Program-made: the position numbers and the translations under genes | Shown here: positions 28,797 through 38,572 of the stretch, piece after piece | How the letters are laid out: the number at the start of each line of letters is the position of its first letter | Numbering within the stretch: the first letter of the stretch is position 1 | The notes under the pieces: model-generated | The model's database searches: none | Told to the model about the DNA's origin: nothing | Seen by the model: the letters and a program-made list of their open reading frames with translations, nothing else | Assembly (NCBI GenBank): GCA_963850305.1 | Contig: CAWKKR010000008.1 | Coordinates: forward strand, 480,001-544,000 | DNA length: 64,000 nt | Reading direction: 5' to 3' | Source: an uncultured delta proteobacterium | Lineage (GTDB): Bacteria; Myxococcota_A; Polyangia; Polyangiales; Polyangiaceae

Positions 28797-28958
28797 ATGT
28801 CAGCGAACTCCTTGTCGGATCCCGGAGGGTCGAAACCTCCGGGGAGCCGTCGCATCCGCCGTCCGGCTTCGTGGAGCACCGTCCTGGCGCTGCTCTTGAT
28901 CACGGGCCTCGGAATGCTGTTTGCCATCTACTGGGTCGTGCACACCGCAAAACTCTGA
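28797..28958 (+). CDS. Small (53 aa) single-TM protein
   Basis: Manual translation MSANSLSDPGGSKPPGSRRIRRPASWSTVLALLLITGLGMLFAIYWVVHTAKL*; below the ORF-track cutoff and fills an otherwise empty gap. Confidence 0.55.
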   Translation: MSANSLSDPGGSKPPGSRRIRRPASWSTVLALLLITGLGMLFAIYWVVHTAKL

Positions 28959-29036
28959 GAATCGCCCGGGAATCCTCTCAGATTCTTGGCTCTGGCACCC
29001 GGCACCGCGTGACCGAAGCTCAACAGAGGGTGGCCG

Positions 29037-29927
29037 TTAGGCCGACGACGAGCGGCGTCCGAACCACACCGCGACGCGCTCGAAGTCGTCATGCTCGAGG
29101 AACGCGGGGTATAGCGACACGATGCAGAGCGAGAAGAGCGCGATCTTGGACGTGACCGCGATGCCGAAGTGAAGCGCCACGCCGAGGAAGAGCCCGAGAA
29201 ACCGCGTCTTGCGGATCCAGAGCAAGAACGGCAAGGTCGCCTCCACGATGAGCGTGCCGAACGTTGCGAGCGCACCGAGGACCGGCAAGTGCGCGTACGC
29301 GGGACTCGGCAGGCGCGAGAACATGGACATCCAGAAGTACGGAATCGCGTCCCCGTTCCGCCAGAACGGGTCGGGCGCCTTGAGCCAGGCGGTCGTCACG
29401 TAGATGAGCATGACTTGCCACTGCACCAGCCTGAGACCGTATGCCGGCGGCGGAGGGCGGACGCGACGTGAGCCGACGCTCCACGTGGACACGGTCGGGC
29501 TCACGGCGAGCGCGAAGCCGATGACGCGCAGGATGACGTCGAAGCCCGCCTGTGAGAGCGGCGCCGCCGCGGTGTAGGAAGCCGCCCAAGCGTACGCGAT
29601 CCACGCCGTCGCGCGTGGATAGATCCCGAGCGCGAGCGCCATCAGAGCCGCCGCGACGACGACGAACAGGGTCGTCACTGCCGCCTCGCTCGACCCGAAC
29701 GCGAACATGTCGAAAATTGGCAATCCTCCTTGCCGAATTGCGCCTCCGAACATCCCCGAAGACGCGAAGAGCGTGTACCGCACGGGCCACAGATCGACGA
29801 GCACGGCGAGCGCGGACACCGCGTAACCGATCCGCAGCGCGGCGTAGGCGCGCGGATCCGATGGCGCGAAGAACCACGCCTCGACGTCGCGCGCCACCGC
29901 GCCAATCGTTCGCGCGAGGAGGCTCAT
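29037..29927 (-). CDS. HTTM-domain membrane protein (SdpB/gamma-carboxylase-like)
   Basis: AALRIG, LALGIYPR, QVMLIYVTTAWLK, WRNG, LIVE, LHFGI. ATGA overlap with the upstream gene. Confidence 0.8.
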   Translation of the reverse strand: MSLLARTIGAVARDVEAWFFAPSDPRAYAALRIGYAVSALAVLVDLWPVRYTLFASSGMFGGAIRQGGLPIFDMFAFGSSEAAVTTLFVVVAAALMALALGIYPRATAWIAYAWAASYTAAAPLSQAGFDVILRVIGFALAVSPTVSTWSVGSRRVRPPPPAYGLRLVQWQVMLIYVTTAWLKAPDPFWRNGDAIPYFWMSMFSRLPSPAYAHLPVLGALATFGTLIVEATLPFLLWIRKTRFLGLFLGVALHFGIAVTSKIALFSLCIVSLYPAFLEHDDFERVAVWFGRRSSSA

Positions 29928-30490
29928 CGCGGACATGGCACCGGCCCGAATCGCATGACCCTCGACTGAGCGATGCGGCCATCCGCGCGGATGTCCTGCA
30001 TGGGGCGAAGTTCCTGAGTCGCGAGCTGAAACGCCACCTTGGCGGGGACCTTGCCGGTACGCACGGTGATGGCGCGACATACCGCCACCAGATACCGCAC
30101 CGAATAACCAGGATAACCCTGGGCGTAGAAGGCGAGGCGCAGGAACGTCCCGAAGAACCGCGGGTCTTTCGGGTACGGCCGAAAATCGGGGAGCAGCGGG
30201 CCGTAGTTCGTCTCCACGCCGTTCGCGTCGATGGCAACCAGATGCCCGCCCATGTCGAGGTAATGCGGGATCGTGGTGAACATGTCCCAGCTCTGATCGA
30301 GCCGGAACAGGGCGAGGTACGGATCGAAGGGCCGATGAAACGCGGTGCCGAGTGCCGTCGTGCGCGACACGTTCGCCATGGTGATCGCGGCGAGGTGATA
30401 GACCAATGCGACGCACGCGAGCCCGCGGAGCCACGGCCGGCGCCGTCGTTCACTCACGGCAGCCGAGGGCTCGAGCACCAGGGGCGACAC
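29924..30490 (-). CDS. HTTM partner protein (SdpA/DUF5819-like)
   Basis: N-terminal TM, LDQSWDMF motif, translational coupling to the HTTM gene. Confidence 0.55.
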   Translation of the reverse strand: MSPLVLEPSAAVSERRRRPWLRGLACVALVYHLAAITMANVSRTTALGTAFHRPFDPYLALFRLDQSWDMFTTIPHYLDMGGHLVAIDANGVETNYGPLLPDFRPYPKDPRFFGTFLRLAFYAQGYPGYSVRYLVAVCRAITVRTGKVPAKVAFQLATQELRPMQDIRADGRIAQSRVMRFGPVPCPR

Positions 30491-30650
30491 GGAGCCGACG
30501 ATACCCGGGAGCGCGCGCGAAGTCTCACCTGGGACGGGGGGGCGTATCCGCCCCCGCAGCTCTCCACGCGACTGCTCCCCCGGCTCGCTGCGCTCGCGTA
30601 GTTCGGCACCTCTTTGATCCCTCGGGGACGGCGCTGTCGGCGATGCGGGA

Positions 30651-31316
30651 CTACGGAGAGCCGCGACCGTGCTTATCGTCGGAACCGGACGCGCGCTGGG
30701 AGTACCAGTTCAGGACCACGACGACCGCGATCGACAGAACGGTGGCAGCGACCATATGCCCCTCGAAAAACGAGACGAGGGCACGGATGGGACGATCGAA
30801 CACATCCCCGAACCAGCGCGCCACGACGACCGTCAGGACCGTCCCTACGATGTTCACCACCACGAACATCGGGAAGCGAACGCGCGCCGCGCCGGCAAGC
30901 GTGCTCATCAGCACATCGGGGCTCAGGAGCAACGCGACCGGACCGACCTTCGCGAACACCCGCTCGAGCAGACGCGCCGTCTTGCCGACACCTGGAGAGT
31001 TTTTTTCCGCCCACTCGAGGCCGAGCGGCCCGTACTCGCGCCCGAGAAAGTACATGAACGGGTCCGGCGCGAAGTGTCGCGGGACCACGACGGCGAACAG
31101 CGACGGCGCGTGAACGTACGGCGCAACGAGCACGATGTGCCGAAATACTGGACTCAACCCGACGAGCACGAGCGGCGCGTGTGCGAGCAAATACGGCATG
31201 AACGCCGACCCCACGAGGTTCCCGACCGTCATCAGGCCGAGCGGGATCGCGTAGACGAGGATTCGTCCGGAGCGGGGCTCGTCGAGCGGCACCCCGGGAC
31301 CGCTCTCATCGTTCAT
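30651..31316 (-). CDS. DedA/VTT-like membrane protein
   Basis: YFLGREYG, LAGAARVRF..F..VN, multiple TM segments. Confidence 0.65.
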   Translation of the reverse strand: MNDESGPGVPLDEPRSGRILVYAIPLGLMTVGNLVGSAFMPYLLAHAPLVLVGLSPVFRHIVLVAPYVHAPSLFAVVVPRHFAPDPFMYFLGREYGPLGLEWAEKNSPGVGKTARLLERVFAKVGPVALLLSPDVLMSTLAGAARVRFPMFVVVNIVGTVLTVVVARWFGDVFDRPIRALVSFFEGHMVAATVLSIAVVVVLNWYSQRASGSDDKHGRGSP

Positions 31317-31326
31317 GGGGCGGCTT

Positions 31327-32592
31327 TCAAATCAAGATGCCTGGCGCAGGAAACGACGCGCAGAGCTCTTTCACTTCGGACGCGACGCGTTCGAGCAGCT
31401 GCTCGTCCTCCGGAGCGCGCACGACCTGGTCCATCCAGTCCGCGAGCTTCAGCATCTCGCTCTTGCCCATCCCCCGGGACGTGAGGGACGGCGTTCCGAT
31501 GCGAAGCCCGGACGGGTCGAACGGCTTTCGCGGATCGAACGGGATCGAATTGTAGTTCGTCTCGATGCCGGCGCGATCGAGCGCGCGCGCAGCGACCTTG
31601 CCGGGCACGTTCTTCGGCGTGAGATCCACGAGGATGAGGTGATTGTCGGTCCCGCCGGTCACGAGCTGGAAGCCCTTGGACAGTAGCGCTTCGGCCAGGG
31701 TCTTGGCGTTCGTGACGATGTTCTTCGCGTATTCCTTGAACTCGGGCGTCGCGGCTTCCTTCGCGGCGACGGCGATGCCCGCCGTGGTGTGATTGTGGGG
31801 TCCGCCCTGGAGCCCCGGGAATACGGCCTTGTCGATCGCTGCCCGGTACTCGGCCTTGCAGAAGATCATGCCTCCACGCGGCCCCCGGAACGTCTTGTGC
31901 GTCGTGGACGTCACGACGTCCGCGATGCCGATCGGGCTCGGATGCACGCCCCCGACGACGAGCCCGGAGATGTGCGCCATGTCGACGCACAGCTTCGCGC
32001 CCACGGAGTCGGCGATCTCCCGGAACCTGGGAAAGTCGAGCACCCGCGGATACGCGGTCGTGCCGGCCCAGATGATCTTCGGTCTGTATTCCCTCGCGAG
32101 CGCCGCGACTTCGTCGAAGTCGATGCGGTGATCGTCGCGACGCACGCCGTAGCCGTGGCTCGCGAAGAATTTCCCCGTGATGCTCACGTTCCAGCCGTGC
32201 GTCAGATGTCCACCCGCGGGAAGCGCGAGCCCCATGATCGGATCGTGCGGCTCGCAGAAGGCCAGGTATACGGCGAGGTTCGCCGGACTCCCGCTGTACG
32301 GCTGCACGTTCACGTGCTCGGCGCCGAAGAGCGCCTTCAGCCGGCTCACGGCGAGCTCTTCGAGTGGATCGATGTTCTGCTGCCCCTCGTAGTAGCGTTT
32401 GCCCGCGTAGCCCTCGGAATACTTGTTGGTCAGAACCGAACCGCTCGCCTGGAGGACCGCGCGGGAGACGTAATTCTCGCTCGGAATGAGCCGCAGCTTG
32501 TCGTGCTGGCGTCGTTCCTCGGCCGTGATGAGCTCGAAGACTCGCGGGTCGGACACCGAGAGTGACGGATCGCGCTGGGCGGGGTCGGTCAT
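31327..32592 (-). CDS. glyA: Serine hydroxymethyltransferase
   Basis: LIPSENY, NKYSEGY, GGHLTHG, TTHKTFRGPRGG, GGTDNHL. Confidence 0.97.
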   Translation of the reverse strand: MTDPAQRDPSLSVSDPRVFELITAEERRQHDKLRLIPSENYVSRAVLQASGSVLTNKYSEGYAGKRYYEGQQNIDPLEELAVSRLKALFGAEHVNVQPYSGSPANLAVYLAFCEPHDPIMGLALPAGGHLTHGWNVSITGKFFASHGYGVRRDDHRIDFDEVAALAREYRPKIIWAGTTAYPRVLDFPRFREIADSVGAKLCVDMAHISGLVVGGVHPSPIGIADVVTSTTHKTFRGPRGGMIFCKAEYRAAIDKAVFPGLQGGPHNHTTAGIAVAAKEAATPEFKEYAKNIVTNAKTLAEALLSKGFQLVTGGTDNHLILVDLTPKNVPGKVAARALDRAGIETNYNSIPFDPRKPFDPSGLRIGTPSLTSRGMGKSEMLKLADWMDQVVRAPEDEQLLERVASEVKELCASFPAPGILI

Positions 32593-32736
32593 GCGCGGAG
32601 ACTACCGATGGGCGTCCGCCATCGCCAGCAGCCGATTCCGAATCCGTAACATCCTGGAATCATTAGCCATCGAAATTTCGGTTCGCACGGGTCTCGACGT
32701 GGTGCGTCAAATCGACGATAGACTTCACTCACGCGA

Positions 32737-35700
32737 ATGGCCCCCCGCAGGACCCAAGATCGGCCCACTTCACCGACCATCCAGGTCGGTTCGGTCCCGG
32801 CCATGGGAAGCGGGGCCGGACTCCCGCGAGTGCGGCGCGGGACGGACGACCAAGAAGTGGATAGCATCGTCGAGATCGAACCGGATCCCGACAGCGCTCC
32901 GCCGAGCATCCCATCGGCCGCCGCGGCGAGCGCCCCGGGCGCAGTGCCGGCACAGCCCATTTTGCCGGGCCACGTGATCGCGGAGCGGTACGAAATCATC
33001 AACGTCCTCGGCGAGGGCGGGATGGGCATCGTCTATCGCTGCCGGGACCAGTCGACCGGGGATCTCGTCGCGCTGAAGCGCGTGATCTTGCCCGAACAGC
33101 AGCTCGCGGCCGAGTACATCGGCTGGTTTTACAAGGAGTCGCGGGCCCTGGCAGCGCTCGCGCACCCGGGCATCGTCCGCGCTCGCGACTTCGGGCTCCT
33201 CGCTGACGGCTCGCCGTTCCTGGCGATGGATCTCGTCACCGGGGTCTCTCTGCACGACCTCTCGCAATCCCGGCTCAGCTTCCCGATCACCTGGTCCATC
33301 GTGGACGGCGTGCTCGGCGCCCTCGCTCATGCGCACGCTCGAGGCGTCATCCACGGCGATCTGAAGCCTTCCAATGTCATCGTCGAGCAGCGCGTCGACC
33401 AGGCGCCCCGGATCCACATCCTGGACTTCGGGCTCGCGTGGCTCCGCCAGGATCCCCATGACGAGCGCCTCGACGGGGAAAAGTCCATGGAGTTTGCGCC
33501 GCACGCCGGCGCAGGAACGCCCGGGTACATGGCCCCGGAGCAAATCCAGCACGAGATGCACCACGTCCAGGGCGCGACGGACCTCTACGCGCTCGGGTGC
33601 ATCCTCTACAAGCTCCTCACTGGCCGCTCGCCGTTCTCGGGCGACCCGAAGGAACTCCTCAAGCTCCACGCTTATCATCAGCCCCCCGCACCGGAGCTCA
33701 TCGCCGGAGTCCCGCCGGGCGCCGATAAATTCGTCATGCGCCTGCTCGCGAAGCGTCCGTGGGACCGCTGGGAGTTCGCGTCGGAGGCGCGCCGGGCCTG
33801 GCTCAAGTTCGTGCCCGAAAGCATCGACCCGGAGCTACTCAAGTTTCCGAGTGTCGGCGTCCACGAAGACGACGCCAAGACGCCGAGCCGCCGGACCGCG
33901 CCGCGAAAGAGCGCCACGCTTCCGCGCGAACCTCTGGCGGACCGGGCACCGGGCCTTCTGAGCATCCGGCCGAGCCCGATGGTCGGCCGCGACGAGATCC
34001 GGACGCGCTTGCGAGCGGCAGGCGCGGAGATGATCGCCGGCAAAGGACCGCCGCATCGGCTCATCATTCTTCTCGGACCCGCAGGAGTGGGAAAGACGCG
34101 CATCGCCGAGTGGCTCTGCGAGGCCGCGCACGAGGACGGCCGCATGGTGCCCCTCACGGCGCGGTACCGCCCGGTCCGGACGGCGCTCGACGGCATGCTC
34201 GGCGCCGTCACCCAGTATTTCAACTTCGAGCGCGCGGATCGCGACACCGTCGAACGCTCGCTCCTCGATCGGTGGAAGATCGACAAGAACGATCGCAAGG
34301 GGCGATCCTGGGTCGCGGGAGCGGCAGAGTGGCTCCGTCCCATCGCACCGGGCGACGAGCGCGTGGGCCCGAGCGGGGTGCGCTTCACCCTCGACACCCT
34401 CGAGCTCCGCCGCCTCGTCATTCAGTACACCATCCGTCGCGTCGCCGACGGCAAGCCGCTCCTCTTTTTCTTCGATGATCTCCACCACGCCGCGCAGACG
34501 ACGTTCGACGGTCTTCTGAAGATTCATCGCGAGGAGCAAGACCAGCGGATCCTCATGCTCGTCACGGTGCGTTCCGAGGATGTGCAGCTCGGAACCCCCG
34601 CCGCGGAGCGCCTGCGCCAGCTCCGCGAGACGATGGACGGCGAGGTCATCGAAGTCGGACCGATGGATCGTGAAACGACCTGCGCGCTCGTCCGGGCCGC
34701 GCTGCCGCTCGACGAGGAGGCGACGTTGGAAGCCGCCCGCCGGAGCCGCGGTTTCCCGCTGTTCGCCCTGCAGCAGCTCCACTCCTGGGCGCACGCCGGA
34801 AACCTGGAGTTCGTCGGCGGCTCGTATCGCGTACCGCGCGACGTCCTCGCGGTGCGGCCCAAAACGACGGCCGATCTCTGGGACAGCCGCGTTGCCGCGG
34901 TGCCGCGCCAGCTCCGCGTCGCTGCCTATGCCGTCGCGACGCTCGGTACCGACATCCGGCGCGACGTCATGGTCGCGCTCCTGAACGACCTGAAGCTGCC
35001 GGCGGAAGAAGCCATCGCCCAGCTGCAGAAGGCGGAAATTCTGCTGCCGCGCGGGCCGGGTCGCTACGGGTGGCCGCATGCGCTCCTGCAGGAGCATCTC
35101 TTCGGCCGGCTCTCCGAACGCGAGGACGCGCGCCGGATGTTCACGGCGTCGGCGAAGGCCCTCAAGCTGCACCCGCTCGCGAACACGCGTCGCATCGTGC
35201 GCCAGCGCGTGATCAACCTGCTGTACGCGGGGGAGAACGACGTCGCGGCCGATACGTTCTTCGACTTCCTCCAGAGTTCGTGGAACGGCGCCAAGGAGCC
35301 CGCGCCGACGCTCGCGGATCTCGAGCTATTTCAGGGCCGGCTCGCGGGAAGGAGCCTTGCACTCGAGAACCGCTGGCGCGCAGAGGTCCTGCGCCATGTC
35401 GGCCGGACCGAGGAAGCGACGCACTCCGCACAGATGGCGCGCGAGCGCTTCGAACGGCTCGGCGATCGCGAGAACCTCGGGCACTCGTTGCGGCTCCTTG
35501 GACACCTGGCGAGCGAGCAAGGCGACACGGACGAGGGACTGCGGCTCGTCGCGCACGCGCACGACATCTTCGCGCATCTCGGCAACGTGCTTGGGCTCGC
35601 CCAGTGCGAGGCGGTCGCCGCGTGGATCGAATACTTGCTCGGCAACCACGACCGAGCGCGAACGATCGCGCTCGCCGGCGAGGGCCATTTCGCGTCGCTC

Positions 35701-36426
35701 GATCAGCCGCTCGGGCGCGGCCAGTGCCTGCTGGTGCTGTCGTGGATCGATCATCACGAGGGCGCGACGGAGCGCTCGCGCCGGCTCACCACCGAGGCGC
35801 GCGGCGAGTTCGAACGCGCTGGCTACCGACTCGGGCTCGCGCAGACCGACGCCTCGCTCGCGCACATCGAGCACCGGCTCATGAATTACTTCAGCGCCGA
35901 GCAACGCGCCAAGGAGGCCTCGGGGTTGTTCGAAGGCCTCCGCACGCCGCGCGGCCAGGCCGAGTGCGAGCGATTGCTCGCCATGGTCGGCATCGACACG
36001 GACGAGCCCGACGTTGCGGATCTTCGCGCAGACCGCGCGCTCGACATGTACACGAAGATGAGCGACCCCTGGGGCGTCGTGGAAGCCAAGCTGCTGAAGT
36101 GCCAGGCGTCGCTCTCGCGCGGCCGGCTCGACACCGCGCGCTCTCTGCTCGGCGAGATCCAGCGCATCGGCGCGCGCGAGCCCGAGCCGAAGCAACACGC
36201 CCTCCTCACCGAAGCCTGGCTCGCGCTCGAGTCCGGGGACCCGGACGGCGCGACGGCCGCCCTCGACGCGGCCGCGGACGTGTTCAGCGACCGCACCCGG
36301 GTGGGCGATCACACGCCGCACCTCCTCGGCCGCCTCGCCAGATTACCGTGGCCCGCGGACGTGCAGCCGCGCCTCGAGGCCTGGCGCGCGCTCGTGAATG
36401 ACCGTGGGCGGCGCGAACGGACCTAG
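32737..36426 (+). CDS. Ser/Thr kinase - P-loop ATPase - TPR multidomain protein
   Basis: GEGGMG, ALK, HGDLKPSN, DFG, GTPGYMAPE; GPAGVGKT and FFFDDLH; C-terminal TPR-like repeats. Confidence 0.9.
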   Translation: MAPRRTQDRPTSPTIQVGSVPAMGSGAGLPRVRRGTDDQEVDSIVEIEPDPDSAPPSIPSAAAASAPGAVPAQPILPGHVIAERYEIINVLGEGGMGIVYRCRDQSTGDLVALKRVILPEQQLAAEYIGWFYKESRALAALAHPGIVRARDFGLLADGSPFLAMDLVTGVSLHDLSQSRLSFPITWSIVDGVLGALAHAHARGVIHGDLKPSNVIVEQRVDQAPRIHILDFGLAWLRQDPHDERLDGEKSMEFAPHAGAGTPGYMAPEQIQHEMHHVQGATDLYALGCILYKLLTGRSPFSGDPKELLKLHAYHQPPAPELIAGVPPGADKFVMRLLAKRPWDRWEFASEARRAWLKFVPESIDPELLKFPSVGVHEDDAKTPSRRTAPRKSATLPREPLADRAPGLLSIRPSPMVGRDEIRTRLRAAGAEMIAGKGPPHRLIILLGPAGVGKTRIAEWLCEAAHEDGRMVPLTARYRPVRTALDGMLGAVTQYFNFERADRDTVERSLLDRWKIDKNDRKGRSWVAGAAEWLRPIAPGDERVGPSGVRFTLDTLELRRLVIQYTIRRVADGKPLLFFFDDLHHAAQTTFDGLLKIHREEQDQRILMLVTVRSEDVQLGTPAAERLRQLRETMDGEVIEVGPMDRETTCALVRAALPLDEEATLEAARRSRGFPLFALQQLHSWAHAGNLEFVGGSYRVPRDVLAVRPKTTADLWDSRVAAVPRQLRVAAYAVATLGTDIRRDVMVALLNDLKLPAEEAIAQLQKAEILLPRGPGRYGWPHALLQEHLFGRLSEREDARRMFTASAKALKLHPLANTRRIVRQRVINLLYAGENDVAADTFFDFLQSSWNGAKEPAPTLADLELFQGRLAGRSLALENRWRAEVLRHVGRTEEATHSAQMARERFERLGDRENLGHSLRLLGHLASEQGDTDEGLRLVAHAHDIFAHLGNVLGLAQCEAVAAWIEYLLGNHDRARTIALAGEGHFASLDQPLGRGQCLLVLSWIDHHEGATERSRRLTTEARGEFERAGYRLGLAQTDASLAHIEHRLMNYFSAEQRAKEASGLFEGLRTPRGQAECERLLAMVGIDTDEPDVADLRADRALDMYTKMSDPWGVVEAKLLKCQASLSRGRLDTARSLLGEIQRIGAREPEPKQHALLTEAWLALESGDPDGATAALDAAADVFSDRTRVGDHTPHLLGRLARLPWPADVQPRLEAWRALVNDRGRRERT

Positions 36427-36462
36427 CGACGGCGCGTGCGCTCTGCGAGGCCAAACGAGTCA

Positions 36463-37368
36463 CTACCGATGTCGGTATGCGAAGCGAGCGCGGTCGACGC
36501 CCTGCTCGAAGGAGCGGCACGCGCCGACGACGACACCGTAGACGAAGCCCAAGCCTGTCGGACGGCTCGCGCGGACTGCGTTCTGAAGGCTTCGTGAACC
36601 GTGGTGGGCGACGAACCTGGCGAGAAGCCCGGCGCTATCCTTGGTCCGCAAACGAACGTGCTTGGCAAACGCGGCCCCCAATCCCACGCCGTAAGCTCGC
36701 ATGAGCTTGGACGCATCGGCCCCGTGTCGAACACCTAGGTGAACGACGGCTATCTCCTTGACATGGAGGACTTTTTCACCGGCTGCGATGACTCGAATCG
36801 TCAAGTCCGTCTCTTCGCCCGCCGGAAATTTTGCGCCGGCGCCGAGAAACGGATCGAAGGTACCGACTTGATCGAACACCCGCCGCCGGAAGGCCATGTT
36901 GGCGCCGATCCCCCAGGGCGCCTCAGGGTCGGGAAAGCTATGCTGATATTGGCGCTGGGTCGGATCGAACGTTGCCGCGTGGCCAGATCCTTGGAGCTCC
37001 TCCGGGAGGACAACGCGCCCGAACGCAAGCGCGGCCTCCGCGTCGTCGGAGAAAAGCTGATGCCACAGCACGACCCAGTTGTCGGGTACGCGACAATCAT
37101 CGTCCGTGAACGCCACGATCGGCGCGTGGGTACTTCCGATGCCGACGTTGCGAGCCGCAGAAAGCCCTCGCGTTTCGCTTCGAATGTAGCGGAGCCGCGG
37201 ATCTCGAAACGCTGCGAGGGCTTTCTCGGTCGCGCGGTCATCGCTCTGATCGACGACAGTGAGATCGAATCCGTCGCCCGGATTGCGCAGAATCGTTTCG
37301 ATGCAGGCCCCTATGTCTCCAACTCGGTTGCGAGTGCACACGATTACCGAGAGGGCCGGCACTGACAT
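36463..37368 (-). CDS. Glycosyltransferase family 2
   Basis: SVIVCTRNR, VVDQS, GLSAARN, FTDDD, GANMA, GEE. Confidence 0.9.
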   Translation of the reverse strand: MSVPALSVIVCTRNRVGDIGACIETILRNPGDGFDLTVVDQSDDRATEKALAAFRDPRLRYIRSETRGLSAARNVGIGSTHAPIVAFTDDDCRVPDNWVVLWHQLFSDDAEAALAFGRVVLPEELQGSGHAATFDPTQRQYQHSFPDPEAPWGIGANMAFRRRVFDQVGTFDPFLGAGAKFPAGEETDLTIRVIAAGEKVLHVKEIAVVHLGVRHGADASKLMRAYGVGLGAAFAKHVRLRTKDSAGLLARFVAHHGSRSLQNAVRASRPTGLGFVYGVVVGACRSFEQGVDRARFAYRHR

Positions 37369-37477
37369 GCGCCGCGACGTTAGCAGCCTTGGCGGCGCTG
37401 CGCTGCATGCCCGAGCAAGGGAGGGGTCGCGCACCCGCAGGCGGCTGCCGCCGAGGATGCGCGGGGGTGGGCAGCCC

Positions 37478-38350
37478 TTATCGCAGCGCCGCGGCCACGG
37501 CGTCGCGCACGGTCGGCCTGAATCTCTCCGAGAGGGGCGTCAGGGGCAAACGGATGCCGGAGCCGATGCGACCCATGACCTCGAGCGCCCATTTGACGGG
37601 GATCGGGTTCGATTCGAGGAAGAGCACCTTGTGGAGCTCGGCGAGCTTCTGGTCCATCGCGCGCGCGGTCGTCGCGTCGCCGGCGACCGCTGCGGCGCAG
37701 ATCGCGTGGAACTCCGCGGGCGCGACGTTGGCCGTGACCGAGATGCAGCCATGTGCTCCAGCGAGCATGAGATCCACGGCGGTCGCGTCGTCACCCGAGT
37801 AGACCGCGAACTCGCTCGAGACGCGGCCGAGAATGTCTTTCGCGCGCTCGACGCTGCCCGTCGCTTCCTTGATGCCGACGATGCGCGGCACCTTCGACAG
37901 CCGCTCCACGGTTTCGGGTAGCAGGTCGCAAGCCGTTCTCCCCGGAACGTTATAGAGGAGCTGCGGCACCGAGACGGCGTCTGCAACGGCCTTGTGGTGC
38001 AAGTAGAGGCCCTCCTGGGTCGGCTTGTTGTAATAGGGCGCGACGAGGAGGCACGCATCACACCCGACATCCTTCGCGGCCTGGGTGAGCTCGATCGCTT
38101 CGCTCGTCGCGTTCGCGCCCGTGCCGCCGATGACCGGTAGCCGCTGTCGCGCTTGCTCGACGATGAAGGCCATCACCTTGCAGTGCTCGTCGAAGGCGAG
38201 GGTCGGCGATTCGCCGGTGGTGCCCACGGCGACGATGCCGTCGGTGCCGGATCGCGCGTGCCAATCGACGAGACCGGCAAGCGCGTCCCAATCGATGTGC
38301 CCGCTCGCGTGCATGGGAGTCACGAGCGCAACCAGACTGCCTTTAATCAT
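37478..38350 (-). CDS. dapA: 4-hydroxy-tetrahydrodipicolinate synthase
   Basis: MIKGSLVALVTP, GTTGES, PYYNKP, YNVPGRT, IKEATG, SNPIPVK. Confidence 0.96.
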   Translation of the reverse strand: MIKGSLVALVTPMHASGHIDWDALAGLVDWHARSGTDGIVAVGTTGESPTLAFDEHCKVMAFIVEQARQRLPVIGGTGANATSEAIELTQAAKDVGCDACLLVAPYYNKPTQEGLYLHHKAVADAVSVPQLLYNVPGRTACDLLPETVERLSKVPRIVGIKEATGSVERAKDILGRVSSEFAVYSGDDATAVDLMLAGAHGCISVTANVAPAEFHAICAAAVAGDATTARAMDQKLAELHKVLFLESNPIPVKWALEVMGRIGSGIRLPLTPLSERFRPTVRDAVAAALR

Positions 38351-38572
38351 GAAGGGTTCTATGGGGCTCGAAACGAGCGCGGCACCATAGCGCGGAGACC
38401 GGTCGAATTCACCCGACGCCGCACGGACCGAGGGGGGAGGGCGCCGAGGGGGCAGCGCAACGTCTTCGATCGGGACGCATCGAATGAGAGAAACGACCCC
38501 GGGCGCAGATGACCCCACGGTCGGCACAAAAGCCGTGGTAGGGCGATGCCGGGCGAGATCGGAGCGATCACA

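Noticed and set aside
28248..28899. AstB C-terminal fusion domain (660-aa ORF)
   Set aside because: The extension is the antisense of the cupin gene and results from a missing stop, not a real domain.
30535..30556. GC hairpin GGGGGCG-TATC-CGCCCCC
   Set aside because: No U-tract on either side, so insufficient to call a terminator.
38351..38572. Possible lysine or Mg2+ (M-box) riboswitch between dapA and mgtE
   Set aside because: Only generic GC hairpins were visible and no conserved riboswitch motifs could be recognised by eye; an Rfam/Infernal scan would be needed.
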